This document shows, one piece after another, positions 18,318-27,888 of a DNA stretch of 64,000 bases. The notes beneath the pieces are model-generated. The model saw only the letters and a program-made list of their open reading frames with translations, made no database searches and was not told the origin of the DNA. The stretch covers positions 86,960 through 150,959 of the forward strand of contig CAWAKU010000006.1 in NCBI GenBank assembly GCA_963782715.1, written 5' to 3'. This DNA comes from an uncultured Chloroflexia bacterium (GTDB taxonomy: Bacteria; Chloroflexota; Limnocylindria; Limnocylindrales; CSP1-4). Each line of letters starts with the position of its first letter. Position 1 is the first letter of the stretch. A program made the position numbers and the translations under genes.

Positions 18318-19595
18318 ATGGCTGAGGCGTCCACGGTCCCGAAGAACGTCGCCACAGAACCGCGTCCCTCGATCCGGTCGCTCCTGTCCTCCGCGGAGGT
18401 CGACGCACGACTGCTCGGCCTGATCGGCGCACTGGTCGTCATCTGGATCGGCTTCAACATCATGTCGGGTGGCCTGTTCCTGACGCCTCGGAACCTCTGG
18501 AACCTGTCGGTCCAGAGCGCGTCGGTCGGGATCATGGCGACCGGCATGGTCCTCATCATCGTGTCGCGCAACATCGACCTGTCGGTCGGGTCCGTGCTCA
18601 CCTTCACCGGCATGACGATGGCCATGCTGCAGACCCAGTGGCTCCCCGAGGGGCTCCTCGGCCAGCCCTACACGTGGATCATCGTTCTCGCGATGGGCCT
18701 CGCCCTGGGCGCGGTCATCGGGTCGATCCAAGGCTTCATCATCGCCTACCTCGGCGTGCCGTCCTTCATCGTCACCCTCGGCGGGCTGCTCATCTGGGCC
18801 GGCCTGGCGTTCGAGGAGGCGTCGGGCCAGACGATCTCGCCGCTGGACAGCACCTTCCAGCTCCTCGGCGGCGGCCCGACCGGGTCGCTCGGTGAGATCG
18901 CCAGCTGGGCCGTCGGCATCCTCGCCTGCGTCGGCATCGTGTACAGCCTCGTCGCGAGTCGCCGGCGACGCCGGCGTTACGGGTTCCCGGTCCGGCCACG
19001 GTGGGCAGAAGCCACGCTGATGATCGTCAGCATCGTGGTCGTGCTCGGCGCGGTCTGGGTCGCGAACAGCTACGACTGGCCGGAGGCGCTCGCGGCGCAG
19101 TACGGCAAGGGCCCGAACACGCCGGTCGGGATCGCCAACCCCGTCCTGATCGCCATCGGGGTCGCCATCATCATGACCATCGTCGCGACGCGACGCCGCT
19201 TCGGGCGGTACGTGTTCGCGATCGGCGGCAACCCGGAGGCAGCCGAACTCGGCGGCATCAACACCCGGCGAACGATCATGTTCACGTTCATGATCATGAG
19301 CACGCTGGCGGCCCTCAGCGCCGCGATCCTGAGCGCGAGACTGAATGCCGGGGTGACCGGTCTCGGCGCACAGGCCGAGCTCTACGTGATCGCCGCGGCG
19401 GTCATCGGCGGCACCTCTTTCGCCGGTGGCATCGGGACCATCCCGGGGGCCATCCTCGGCGCCGTGGTCATGCAGTCGCTCCAGTCGGGCATGGTCCTGC
19501 TGCGGGTCGACTCGCCGATCCAGGACATCGTCGTGGGCATCGTGCTCGTCGCCGCGGTCGGCACGGATACGGCCCTTCGCCGTCGGGCGAGCTGA
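18318..19595 (+). CDS. xylH: Xylose ABC transporter permease XylH
   Basis: A 425-aa polytopic permease of the branched-chain/sugar family. Confidence 0.85.
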   Translation: MAEASTVPKNVATEPRPSIRSLLSSAEVDARLLGLIGALVVIWIGFNIMSGGLFLTPRNLWNLSVQSASVGIMATGMVLIIVSRNIDLSVGSVLTFTGMTMAMLQTQWLPEGLLGQPYTWIIVLAMGLALGAVIGSIQGFIIAYLGVPSFIVTLGGLLIWAGLAFEEASGQTISPLDSTFQLLGGGPTGSLGEIASWAVGILACVGIVYSLVASRRRRRRYGFPVRPRWAEATLMIVSIVVVLGAVWVANSYDWPEALAAQYGKGPNTPVGIANPVLIAIGVAIIMTIVATRRRFGRYVFAIGGNPEAAELGGINTRRTIMFTFMIMSTLAALSAAILSARLNAGVTGLGAQAELYVIAAAVIGGTSFAGGIGTIPGAILGAVVMQSLQSGMVLLRVDSPIQDIVVGIVLVAAVGTDTALRRRAS

Positions 19596-19614
19596 GCGGA
19601 CGGGAGGGGATCCG

Positions 19615-20481
19615 ATGAGCATGAGTGAACCCACGATGCCAGCCGACACTGCCGCCCCGCCTCCTCCGGCGCCGGACGCCACGCCCACGCGCGCCCCGTC
19701 ACGAACCGGCGTCCCGTTGGTGGAGATGAAGAACATCAAGATCGCGTTCGGTGGCGTCCACGCCGTCGACAACGTGTCGGTGGACCTCTATCCGGGAGAG
19801 GTCATCGGGCTCGTCGGCGGGAACGGCGCCGGCAAGTCGACCCTGATCCGCGCGCTGTCCGGCGCGCATCCCGCGGATTCCGGCGAGATCCGGATCAACG
19901 GCCAGCAGGTGACGATCAACAACCCGCGCGACGCGAAGACCTACGGCATCGAGACCATCTACCAGCAGCTGGCGCTCGCCGACAACGTCGATGCGGCTGC
20001 CAACATGTTCCTCGGCCGGGAGCTGACGACCCGGTTCGGGTCGCTCGACGACTCCGCGATGGAGGCCGCGACCCGCCAGGTCATGGGCCGGCTGAACCCG
20101 AAGTTCAAGAACTTCAAGACACCGGTCAAGTCACTGTCGGGTGGCCAGCGCCAGTCGGTGGCGATCGCCCGGGCGGTCCACTTCAACGCCAAGATCCTGA
20201 TCATGGACGAACCGACCGCGGCGCTCGGCCCGGCTGAGACCGCGCAGGTGCGTGACCTTGTGAGCCAGCTCAAGAACGAGGGCATCGGCATCTTCCTGAT
20301 CAGTCACGACATCCACGACGTGTTCGACCTGGCAGACCGGATCAGCGTGATGCTGCAGGGCAAGCTCGTCGGCACCGTGGACAAGACCAAGGTGACCAAG
20401 GACGAGGTCCTGGCGATGATCATCATCGGCAAGCTGCCGAGCGAGGTCAGCCAGTCGGAGATGGCCGAGCTCGTCGGCTGA
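19615..20481 (+). CDS. xylG: Sugar ABC transporter ATP-binding protein (single-domain XylG-like)
   Basis: GGGAGGGG RBS, Walker [10 protein letters not shown], signature LSGGQRQ. Confidence 0.85.
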   Translation: MSMSEPTMPADTAAPPPPAPDATPTRAPSRTGVPLVEMKNIKIAFGGVHAVDNVSVDLYPGEVIGLVGGNGAGKSTLIRALSGAHPADSGEIRINGQQVTINNPRDAKTYGIETIYQQLALADNVDAAANMFLGRELTTRFGSLDDSAMEAATRQVMGRLNPKFKNFKTPVKSLSGGQRQSVAIARAVHFNAKILIMDEPTAALGPAETAQVRDLVSQLKNEGIGIFLISHDIHDVFDLADRISVMLQGKLVGTVDKTKVTKDEVLAMIIIGKLPSEVSQSEMAELVG

Positions 20482-20511
20482 TCGCGGGCCGCACGCCGGC
20501 GGCCGCCTCAC

Positions 20512-22002
20512 TCAGCCGCTCAGCCGCCGGAACGACGGGGAGAGGGCCGGATACAGGTCGCGATAGGTCGCGTGCGCCTCGTCCAGGGCGGCCGCCGCCG
20601 GTCCCGGCGTCGCGACCGGGCTGGCGTGGACGAACTCGCTGACGATGTCGTCGACCGTCTGGAACCAGCCCGTCCCGACCGCGGCGAGCAGGGCGGCGCC
20701 GTAGGCCGCACCTTCGGTCGTGTCCACGGTGGCGATCTCGGCGCCCAGGATATCGGCCAGGATCTGGCACCACAGCGCGCTCGCGGTCCCGCCGCCGGAT
20801 GCCCGGATCTGCGTCGGGGCGGGCATCCCGGCCGCGGTCATCAGGTCGAGGCCGTCACGCAGCCCGAACACCACTCCCTCGAGCACGGCCCGGGTCATGT
20901 GCCGGCGATCGTGGGCCAGGGTCAATCCGACGAACGCGCCGCGGGCCAGCGGGTCCGGGTACGGGCTGCGCTCACCCGACAGGTACGGCAGGAACAGGAG
21001 CCCATCGCTGCCGGGCGGCACCTCGGCCGCCGACGCGACGAGGTCGCCGAACTCGACGCCCGGCGCAAGGGCGTCGCGGAACCAGCGCAGGCTGCCTGCT
21101 GCGGACAGCATCACCGACATCATGTGCCAGCGCCCCGGCACCGCGTGGCAGAAGGCATGGACGCGGCCGAGCGGGTCGTACAGGGCCCGGTCCGTCGCCG
21201 CGAAGACGACCCCGGATGTCCCGAGCGAGAGCGCCATCGTCCCGGGCGACACGACGCCGACCCCGACCGCGTTGGCCGCCTGGTCGCCGCCGCCGGCCAC
21301 GACCGGCGTCCCGGCACGCAGCCCGGTGGCGGCGGCGGCCTCGGCCGTGATCGTGCCGGTGATGGCCGGTCCCTCGCCTGTCGGCGGCAGCCACGCCGGG
21401 TCGATCCCGAGACTCCCGAGCATCACCGGCGACCAGTCGCGGGCGGCCAGGTCGAACAGGAGCGTGCCCGCGCCGTCGGCCTTGTCCATGGCGTGATCGC
21501 CGGTCAGGTGCAGGCGGACGTAGTCCTTGGGCAGCAGGACGTGGGCCACCTGCCGCCAGACCTCGGGCTCATGGTCGCGGACCCAGACCAGCTTGGGCGC
21601 CGTCAGCCCGGTCACGGCATCGTTACCGGTGATCGCGATCAGCCGGTCCGGGCCGACCACGTCCCGGATGGCATCGCATTCGGCGGCGGTCCGTTGGTCG
21701 TTCCACAGGATGGCCGGTCGCAGGACGCGGTCGGCCGCATCGAGCAGGACCAGCCCGTGCATCTGACCGGTCAGGCCGATCGCCTCGACATCGGCGCCAG
21801 TGACGCCGCTGGTGGCCAGGACGGACCCGATGGCCTCGCACGCACCGGTCCACCACAACCCCGGATCCTGCTCGCTCCAGAGCGGCCGGGGAACGTTGAA
21901 GCCGTATTCCGAGACGCCGACGCCGGTGACCACGCCCGACTCGTCGACCAGGACGGCCTTGGTCGCCGTCGTCGAGACGTCGATCCCGATGACGTGACCC
22001 AC
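20512..22002 (-). CDS. xylB: Xylulokinase
   Basis: FGGY kinase family (GIDVSTTATKAVL ... GGGDQAANAVG). The GTG start overlaps the xylA stop. Confidence 0.85.
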   Translation of the reverse strand: MGHVIGIDVSTTATKAVLVDESGVVTGVGVSEYGFNVPRPLWSEQDPGLWWTGACEAIGSVLATSGVTGADVEAIGLTGQMHGLVLLDAADRVLRPAILWNDQRTAAECDAIRDVVGPDRLIAITGNDAVTGLTAPKLVWVRDHEPEVWRQVAHVLLPKDYVRLHLTGDHAMDKADGAGTLLFDLAARDWSPVMLGSLGIDPAWLPPTGEGPAITGTITAEAAAATGLRAGTPVVAGGGDQAANAVGVGVVSPGTMALSLGTSGVVFAATDRALYDPLGRVHAFCHAVPGRWHMMSVMLSAAGSLRWFRDALAPGVEFGDLVASAAEVPPGSDGLLFLPYLSGERSPYPDPLARGAFVGLTLAHDRRHMTRAVLEGVVFGLRDGLDLMTAAGMPAPTQIRASGGGTASALWCQILADILGAEIATVDTTEGAAYGAALLAAVGTGWFQTVDDIVSEFVHASPVATPGPAAAALDEAHATYRDLYPALSPSFRRLSG

Positions 22003-22004
22003 GG

Positions 22005-23339
22005 TCAGCGGGCGGCCCAGATGTGTCGGTTGACCAGGTTCTCGAGCCGCTCCTGCTCGCCCGACACCGGGCGCGGGTCGATGTCGCCGGCGAAGACCCG
22101 GGTGGCCAGGATCTCGAGCGGGAGATCCTCGGTCATGATCGACCGGCCGAGCTTGTCGTCCCAGCCGGCGTAGCGCGCCGCCCGAAGCCGCTCCAGCTCG
22201 CCGTCCTCGATCATCGACGCCGCCACGAGCAGCGACCGGGCGAGGGTGTCGATGCCGCCGATGTGGCCCTGGAACAGGTCGGACCGGGCCATGCTCTGGC
22301 GCCGCAGCTTGGTGTCGAAATTGAAGCCGCCGGTCGTGAACCCGCCGGCGCGGATGATCTCGTAGACCGCCAGCGACAGCTCGTCGACCGAATTCGGGAA
22401 CTGGTCGGTGTCCCAGCCGTTCTGGTAGTCGCCCCGGTTCGCGTCGATGCTGCCGAAGACGCCGTGGCCGACGGCGTAGGCGACCTCGTGATGGAAGCTG
22501 TGACCGGCCAGGGTCGCGTGGTTCACCTCGAGATTGAGGCGGTACTCGTCGATCAGGCCATAGCGCTCGAGGAAGCCCGTGATCGACGCGCCGTCGTAGT
22601 CGTACTGATGCTTGGTCGGCTCCTGGGGCTTGGGCTCGATGAGCAGCGTGCCCTTGAAGCCGATCCTGTGCTTGTGCTCGGCGACCATCGTCAGGAAGCG
22701 CGCGAGCTGGGCCTCCTCGCGGGCCATGTCCGTGTTGAGCAGCGTCTCGTAGCCTTCCCGGCCGCCCCACAGGACGTAGTTCTCGCCACCCAGCCGGTGG
22801 GTCGCCTCGAGCATGGACTTGACCTGCGTCGCGGCGAACGCGAACACCTCGGGGTCCGGGTTGGTCGCGGCGCCGGCCGCGTAGCGCGGATGGCTGAACA
22901 GGTTGGCGGTGCCCCACAGCAGGCGAAGACCGGTCCGGGCCATCCGTTCCTCGATCATCCCGACGACGGTGTCGAGGTAGGCCTGCGTCTGGGTGTAGGT
23001 GTGCCCTTCGGGCGAGACATCGCGGTCATGGAAGCAGAAGAACGGGACCCCGAGCTTCTCGAGGAACTCGAAGGCGGCGTCGAGCCTGGCTTCGGCGGCC
23101 AGCATCGGCTCGAGGCGGGTGTCGTTCCACGGCCGGTCGAACGTCCCTGAACCGAAGACGTCCGAGCCGGGCCAGGCGAACGAATGCCACAGGCAGACGG
23201 CGATCCGGAGATGGTCCTCCATCCGCTTGCCGAGGACCACACGATCGGGCTCGTAGACCTTGTAGCTGAGTGGGTCGTGCGAGTCCAGTCCGCCGAACGG
23301 GATCGGCTTCGCAACGTTGGAGAAGAACCCGTCGGCCAT
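22005..23339 (-). CDS. xylA: Xylose isomerase (class II size, 445 aa)
   Basis: XylA signatures are present (FEPKP, WGGREGY, the HH motif). The length and N-terminal extension are typical of class II enzymes. Confidence 0.9.
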   Translation of the reverse strand: MADGFFSNVAKPIPFGGLDSHDPLSYKVYEPDRVVLGKRMEDHLRIAVCLWHSFAWPGSDVFGSGTFDRPWNDTRLEPMLAAEARLDAAFEFLEKLGVPFFCFHDRDVSPEGHTYTQTQAYLDTVVGMIEERMARTGLRLLWGTANLFSHPRYAAGAATNPDPEVFAFAATQVKSMLEATHRLGGENYVLWGGREGYETLLNTDMAREEAQLARFLTMVAEHKHRIGFKGTLLIEPKPQEPTKHQYDYDGASITGFLERYGLIDEYRLNLEVNHATLAGHSFHHEVAYAVGHGVFGSIDANRGDYQNGWDTDQFPNSVDELSLAVYEIIRAGGFTTGGFNFDTKLRRQSMARSDLFQGHIGGIDTLARSLLVAASMIEDGELERLRAARYAGWDDKLGRSIMTEDLPLEILATRVFAGDIDPRPVSGEQERLENLVNRHIWAAR

Positions 23340-23417
23340 CGCCCGAACCTCCCATCGCCGGCTCGGTCGGGTCCCATCAGACCACCCGCGGCTCGTCCCC
23401 AGAGAGTACCACTGCGG

Positions 23418-23440
23418 ATTTGTTCGAGAGAAGCACAAAT
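23418..23440. promoter_or_regulatory. Candidate XylR operator (site 2), upstream of xylAB
   Basis: ATTTGT-N11-ACAAAT is a perfect 6-bp inverted repeat 79 nt upstream of the xylA ATG. It shares the core GAGAG.A.CACAAAT with site 1. Confidence 0.45.
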
Positions 23441-23453
23441 GTCGTGCGAACGG

Positions 23454-24680
23454 TCACATCTCGTCGTCGGCATCGGTCGCGGCCGGGAACGGCAGGGCGA
23501 TCGGATCGCTCGCCAGCCGGCTGCGTCCCTGGGCGTCGAACCGGTCCAGTCCGAGGTCGGACACGTCGGTCAGGTCGGTCGTGCCGTGGGTCACGAGATC
23601 CGCGGCGACCCGGGCGACGCCCGGGCCCCACATCATCCCGTGGCCGCCCGGCGAGGCGACCGTCAGCCCCGCGATCGGGTGGCCGTCGGCGTCGAGGCCC
23701 GGCCCGAGGATCGGCAGATGGTCGGGCGTGTAGTCGATGGTCGCCACCCAGATCTTGCGCAGGCCGAGATCGGTCGTGATCGGGACGAACCCGCTGAGCC
23801 GGGCGCGCATCGCGTCGTAGAACGACCAGTCGACCTCGCGCGCCTCGCCGGGGACCTCGTCCGGGTCGCTCCAGCCGAACAGCAGGCCGCGCTCCTCGAG
23901 CCGCCAGTAGAGTCCGGCACCGATATCGAAGACCATCGGCATCCGTGCCACGTCGAAGGCCGGGTGCGGCTCGAGGACGGCCACGGTATGGCGCGCCGCC
24001 CCGACCGGGATCCGGACCCCGGCTCGCCGTCCGACGGCGCGCAGGCTCGGGCCGCCGGTCAGCAGGACGCGCTCGGTCGCGATGGCCCCGGCGTCCGTCT
24101 CGACGGCGACCACGCGCCGTCCGCCGTCCGGCGTGGCGATCGTCTGGAGGCCGCTGAACGTGGTCCGCTCGCGAAGCTCGACGCCGCCCGCCTGCATCGC
24201 CAGCGAATACGCCCGGACGTTGCGTGGCGGGTCGATGGCCCCGTCGGTGGCGATGAAGCTGCCGCCGCGGTGTCCATGCGGGGCAAGGGTGACGGCCGTC
24301 GCCGCGGCCGCGTCCGCCTCGAGCCATTCGACGTCGAGCCCCTCGGCGCGCTGCATCGCGACCCGCTCTCGACCGGACCGCTCGTCGTCCTCGGTGACGG
24401 CGAGGATGAGGTAGCCGAGCTCGCGGAACCCCGAATCCGTCCCGTAGGCGGCCAGCTGGCCGTTGTAGAAGTCGATCGACCAGCGGCCAAGGGCGACCGT
24501 CGCCGGCGTCCCGCCCTGGGCGCGGACGATGCCCGCCGCGCGCGACGAGGCGCCACCGCCGACCAGGCCGCGCTCGACGACCACGACCCGGCCGACGCCG
24601 GCGGCGCGGGCGAAGACCGACGCCCAGCCACCGACTGTCCCGGCACCGACGATGACGAGGTCCGCCCGATCAGCCGTCAT
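23454..24680 (-). CDS. FAD-dependent oxidoreductase (DAO family; sarcosine / glycine-oxidase-like)
   Basis: N-terminal GxGxxG (VIVGAGTVGGW). The start overlaps the GntR stop (ATGA). Confidence 0.8.
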   Translation of the reverse strand: MTADRADLVIVGAGTVGGWASVFARAAGVGRVVVVERGLVGGGASSRAAGIVRAQGGTPATVALGRWSIDFYNGQLAAYGTDSGFRELGYLILAVTEDDERSGRERVAMQRAEGLDVEWLEADAAAATAVTLAPHGHRGGSFIATDGAIDPPRNVRAYSLAMQAGGVELRERTTFSGLQTIATPDGGRRVVAVETDAGAIATERVLLTGGPSLRAVGRRAGVRIPVGAARHTVAVLEPHPAFDVARMPMVFDIGAGLYWRLEERGLLFGWSDPDEVPGEAREVDWSFYDAMRARLSGFVPITTDLGLRKIWVATIDYTPDHLPILGPGLDADGHPIAGLTVASPGGHGMMWGPGVARVAADLVTHGTTDLTDVSDLGLDRFDAQGRSRLASDPIALPFPAATDADDEM

Positions 24681-25525
24681 CAGGAACGGGACCGGTCGGG
24701 CAGCACAGCGCGGAGGAACTCGTCCATCCCCTCCCCCGAACCGATCAGCCGTAAGGCCCGGGCAGCGCTGGTGTCGAGGCTTCGGTCGTAGTCATCGCCG
24801 AACGTGGACGCCGGGACGCTCAGGTGTGCCTGGATCGCGGCACGGGCCGCGGCGGCGTCCCGCGCCTGGATCGCCTCGTACGCGATGCGGTGGTATGGCG
24901 CGCCCTTCTGGAGGATCCCCGGGGCACCCGCGCTGCGCACCATCAACTCGACGCTCAGACCCTGGATCGACGCGAACATGGTCTCGATCAGCGGGTTGTG
25001 CGAGGCGGCCACGATGGCCGCATGGAATGCGAGGTCATTGCGGATCTGGTCGAGCGGCGTCGGACTGGCCTCGAGTCGCCCGAGCGCATCCTCGAGTGCT
25101 GCCAGGTCGTCAGTATCGGCGTGGACCGTGGCCAGTGCCGCCGCCTCCGTCTCGAGCATCAGGCGCGCTTCGGACAGCTGGCGCGCCGTCGTCCCGCGGC
25201 GACGATACTCGAGGTCGAGCGGCTGGAAGCGCCGCGCGCCCCGATCGCTCCGGACGAACGCCCCTCGGCCGGCCTCGACTTCGATCAGGCCACGCTCGAT
25301 CAGCGATCGGAGAGCCTCACGGACCATCGGCCGACTCGCTCCGAACTCGAGCGCCAGTTGACGCTCCGACGGCAGTCGATCGCCGGCTACGAGCTCGCCC
25401 GAGAGGATCCGCTCCTCCAAGGTCAGCGCGATCGAGTGGCTGGAATGCCGGGTCGGCTCCGCGGCATGGGCCTCATGGCGATCCGCCTGGACCGAGTGCG
25501 ATGCCTGACCGTCCTGGTCGCTCAC
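24680..25525 (-). CDS. GntR-family (FadR/FCD subfamily) transcriptional regulator
   Basis: GntR wHTH (LPSERQLALEFGASRPMVREALRSL) and an FCD C-domain. The GTG start at 25525 was chosen because GGGAGA lies upstream and because the tandem operator-like repeats at 25589-25615 would otherwise fall inside the gene. TTG at 25597 and ATG at 25582 are alternatives. Confidence 0.65.
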   Translation of the reverse strand: MSDQDGQASHSVQADRHEAHAAEPTRHSSHSIALTLEERILSGELVAGDRLPSERQLALEFGASRPMVREALRSLIERGLIEVEAGRGAFVRSDRGARRFQPLDLEYRRRGTTARQLSEARLMLETEAAALATVHADTDDLAALEDALGRLEASPTPLDQIRNDLAFHAAIVAASHNPLIETMFASIQGLSVELMVRSAGAPGILQKGAPYHRIAYEAIQARDAAAARAAIQAHLSVPASTFGDDYDRSLDTSAARALRLIGSGEGMDEFLRAVLPDRSRS

Positions 25526-25588
25526 GGTGTCCTGATCTCCCCGAACTGCTGATTGACTCAACGTTAGCGGACGTGGCACCATCCGACT

Positions 25589-25615
25589 ACTGGTCAAACT
25601 GGTCTAACTGGTATG
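25589..25615. promoter_or_regulatory. Triple tandem 9-nt repeat, candidate GntR operator
   Basis: ACTGGTCAA, ACTGGTCTA and ACTGGTATG, with TGGTATGACCA forming a GT-N-AC palindrome. It lies between the divergent GntR and LLM-oxidoreductase genes. Confidence 0.4.
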
Positions 25616-25656
25616 ACCACACGCATCGGCGTCGACAGGTGAGGAAGGAGAGCCCG

Positions 25657-26598
25657 GTGAAGGTGGGCGTCATCGTCCCGCAGGGCTGGACGGGCGAATA
25701 CGACGGCTGGGATCCTCGTGCCGCCTGGCGCCGGACGGTGCACGTCGCGCGCGAGGCCGAGGCGCTCGGCTTCGAATCGATCTGGCTCTTCGACCACTTC
25801 CAGACGTTCCCCGATCCGACCGACGAGATCACCTTCGAATCGTTCACGGCGCTGACCGCGCTGGCCACGACGACGACCCGGGTCCGCCTCGGACACATGG
25901 TCGTCTGCGCCGGGTTCCGGAACCCCGCCCTCGTCGCGAAGATGCTGTCGACGATGGACGTCCTGAGCGGCGGGCGGATGGAGCTCGGGATCGGTGCCGG
26001 CTGGAAGCGCGATGAATTCGTTGCCTACGGCTACGGCTTTCCGGAAACCACGGAACGGCTCGGGCGGTTGGCTGACAGCCTCGAGGTGATCAGCCGGATG
26101 CTGGCACCCGGACGGAGCGTCCGGGCCTCCTTCCAGGGCGCGTACGCCAGCGTCGACGACGCGATCAATGTCCCGAAGCCGCTCCAGCGACGGTTGCCGA
26201 TCGTGGTCGGCGGCAATGGACCGAACGTGACCTGGCGACTCGCGGCGCGCTACGCCGACGAAGTCAATCTCGACAAGATGCTGCCCGACGCCGTGGCGCA
26301 GGCGCTCCCGGTCATCGGCGCGCGCTGCGAAGAGATCGGACGTGACCCCGGGTCGCTGCGTGTCTCGGTGCATATCTCGCGTCACGACAAGGTGGCACCC
26401 GGCGCCGAGAGGATCGATCGCCTGGCTCGCTATCGCGAGCTCGGGGTGGCGAGGACGATGGAATTCCTGCCGGCCGCGGCGCGGGACGACGAAGCGCTCG
26501 CCTCCTACGCCGACGACATGGCCCGGGCCGGCTGCGATCGCGACCCATCACCGGGTCCGTCGTCCGGCGCAGCCGGACTCGAGGGTGCCACTGCCTGA
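25657..26598 (+). CDS. LLM-class flavin / F420-dependent oxidoreductase (luciferase-like)
   Basis: GAGGAAGGAG RBS with a GTG start. Luciferase-like monooxygenase fold (ESIWLFDHF, GIGAGW). Confidence 0.8.
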   Translation: MKVGVIVPQGWTGEYDGWDPRAAWRRTVHVAREAEALGFESIWLFDHFQTFPDPTDEITFESFTALTALATTTTRVRLGHMVVCAGFRNPALVAKMLSTMDVLSGGRMELGIGAGWKRDEFVAYGYGFPETTERLGRLADSLEVISRMLAPGRSVRASFQGAYASVDDAINVPKPLQRRLPIVVGGNGPNVTWRLAARYADEVNLDKMLPDAVAQALPVIGARCEEIGRDPGSLRVSVHISRHDKVAPGAERIDRLARYRELGVARTMEFLPAAARDDEALASYADDMARAGCDRDPSPGPSSGAAGLEGATA

Positions 26599-26686
26599 GA
26601 CCGACCGTTCGAAAGGAGGATCCACCACACCCAGGCCCAAGCGAGCCACGCCGGTTCGGCAAGACACAAGAGGAGGAAGCGTCACG

Positions 26687-27820
26687 ATGTCCATTCGAAG
26701 GATGGCCGCGTCCCTGGCGGTCGCAGCCATGGCATTCGCCGCCTGCAGCAGCGGCGGCGGGGCGTCCAGCAAACCGAGCTCGGCGGCCAGCGTCGCGGCA
26801 CCCAGCTCCGCGGCCAGCGCGGCCGCCAGCCAGGCGTCCGAAGGCTGCAAGGTCGGGATGTCCTGGTTCACCTTCCAGGAGGAGCGCTACAAGAACCGCG
26901 ACGAACCCGCGCTCAAGGCCGCCATCGAGAAGGGCGGCGGCACGTACAGCTCAGCCGACGGGAAGAACTCCGCCGCGACTCAGGCCTCGGACGTCGAGAC
27001 GCTCATCAATTCTGGCGTCGATGTCCTGCTGATCGACGCGTTCGATGACAAGGCGATCGTGCCGTCGGTCGAGGCCGCTCTGGCGGCCGGGATCCCGGTC
27101 ATCGCCTACGACCGCCTGATCGAGAACCCCAAGGTCCTGTACCTCACCCACGACAATGTCGAGGTCGGGCGGATCATCGCGCGCGAAGTCCTCAAGGCGA
27201 CGCCGAAGGGCAACGTCGCGATCATGAAGGGGGACAAGGCCAACCCCAACGTGCGGTTCCTCTATGACGGCTTCCAGGAGATCCTCAAGCCCGCCCTGGA
27301 TTCGAAGGCGATCACCGTCCCGGCCGGCGCCGACGTGTTCACCGACGGCTGGAAGCCGGCCATCGCGCAGACCCAGATGGAGCAGATCCTGACGGCGAAC
27401 GCCAACAAGATCGACGCCGTCCTGTCGGAGAATGACGGCATGGCCGGGGGCGTCATCGCGGCGCTCAAAGGCCAGGGTCTGGCCGGCAAGGTGAGCGTCG
27501 GCGGCCAGGACGGCGATCTCGCCGCCCTGAACAACGTCGCCCTCGGCAACCAGACGGTCAGCGTCTGGAAGAACACCTCCGAGCTCGGCACGGCCGCCGG
27601 TGAGGCGGCCCTCGCGTTGTGCAAGGACAAGGACGTCACCAAGGTCCCGAACACTGCGCCGTTCACGACGCCCGGTGGCAACACGGTGACGGCGAACCTG
27701 CTCAAGCCGGTCGGCATCACCAAGGACAACCTCAACGTCGTCCTCGACGCGAACTGGATCACCAAGGACAAGCTCTGCGCCGGAGTCGCCGCCGCATCGG
27801 CACCGGCCGCCTGCAAGTAG
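26687..27820 (+). CDS. Second xylose-type ABC substrate-binding lipoprotein (XylF paralog)
   Basis: AGGAGGAAG RBS and lipobox FAACSSGG. About 55 % identical to the XylF at 17115 and colinear with it, including the C-terminal ITKxxLC..APAACK. Confidence 0.8.
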   Translation: MSIRRMAASLAVAAMAFAACSSGGGASSKPSSAASVAAPSSAASAAASQASEGCKVGMSWFTFQEERYKNRDEPALKAAIEKGGGTYSSADGKNSAATQASDVETLINSGVDVLLIDAFDDKAIVPSVEAALAAGIPVIAYDRLIENPKVLYLTHDNVEVGRIIAREVLKATPKGNVAIMKGDKANPNVRFLYDGFQEILKPALDSKAITVPAGADVFTDGWKPAIAQTQMEQILTANANKIDAVLSENDGMAGGVIAALKGQGLAGKVSVGGQDGDLAALNNVALGNQTVSVWKNTSELGTAAGEAALALCKDKDVTKVPNTAPFTTPGGNTVTANLLKPVGITKDNLNVVLDANWITKDKLCAGVAAASAPAACK

Positions 27821-27847
27821 CGGGTCGTCGACCCTCGAAGCTCCCGG

Positions 27848-27881
27848 GCGCCCTGCGCCGCGGTGCCGCGGTGCAGGGCGC
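27848..27881. terminator. Hairpin 3' of the xylF paralog, between convergent genes (bidirectional terminator-like)
   Basis: GCGCCCTGC-N16-GCAGGGCGC, with a nested CCGCGGtgCCGCGG palindrome. It is about 85 % identical to the hairpin region after xylF. Confidence 0.5.
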
Positions 27882-27888
27882 TTCCGAT

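Noticed and set aside
20572-22173. 533-aa plus-strand ORF
   Set aside because: It lies antisense to xylB, a confident FGGY-kinase homolog. The translation is Arg/Gly/Asp low-complexity.
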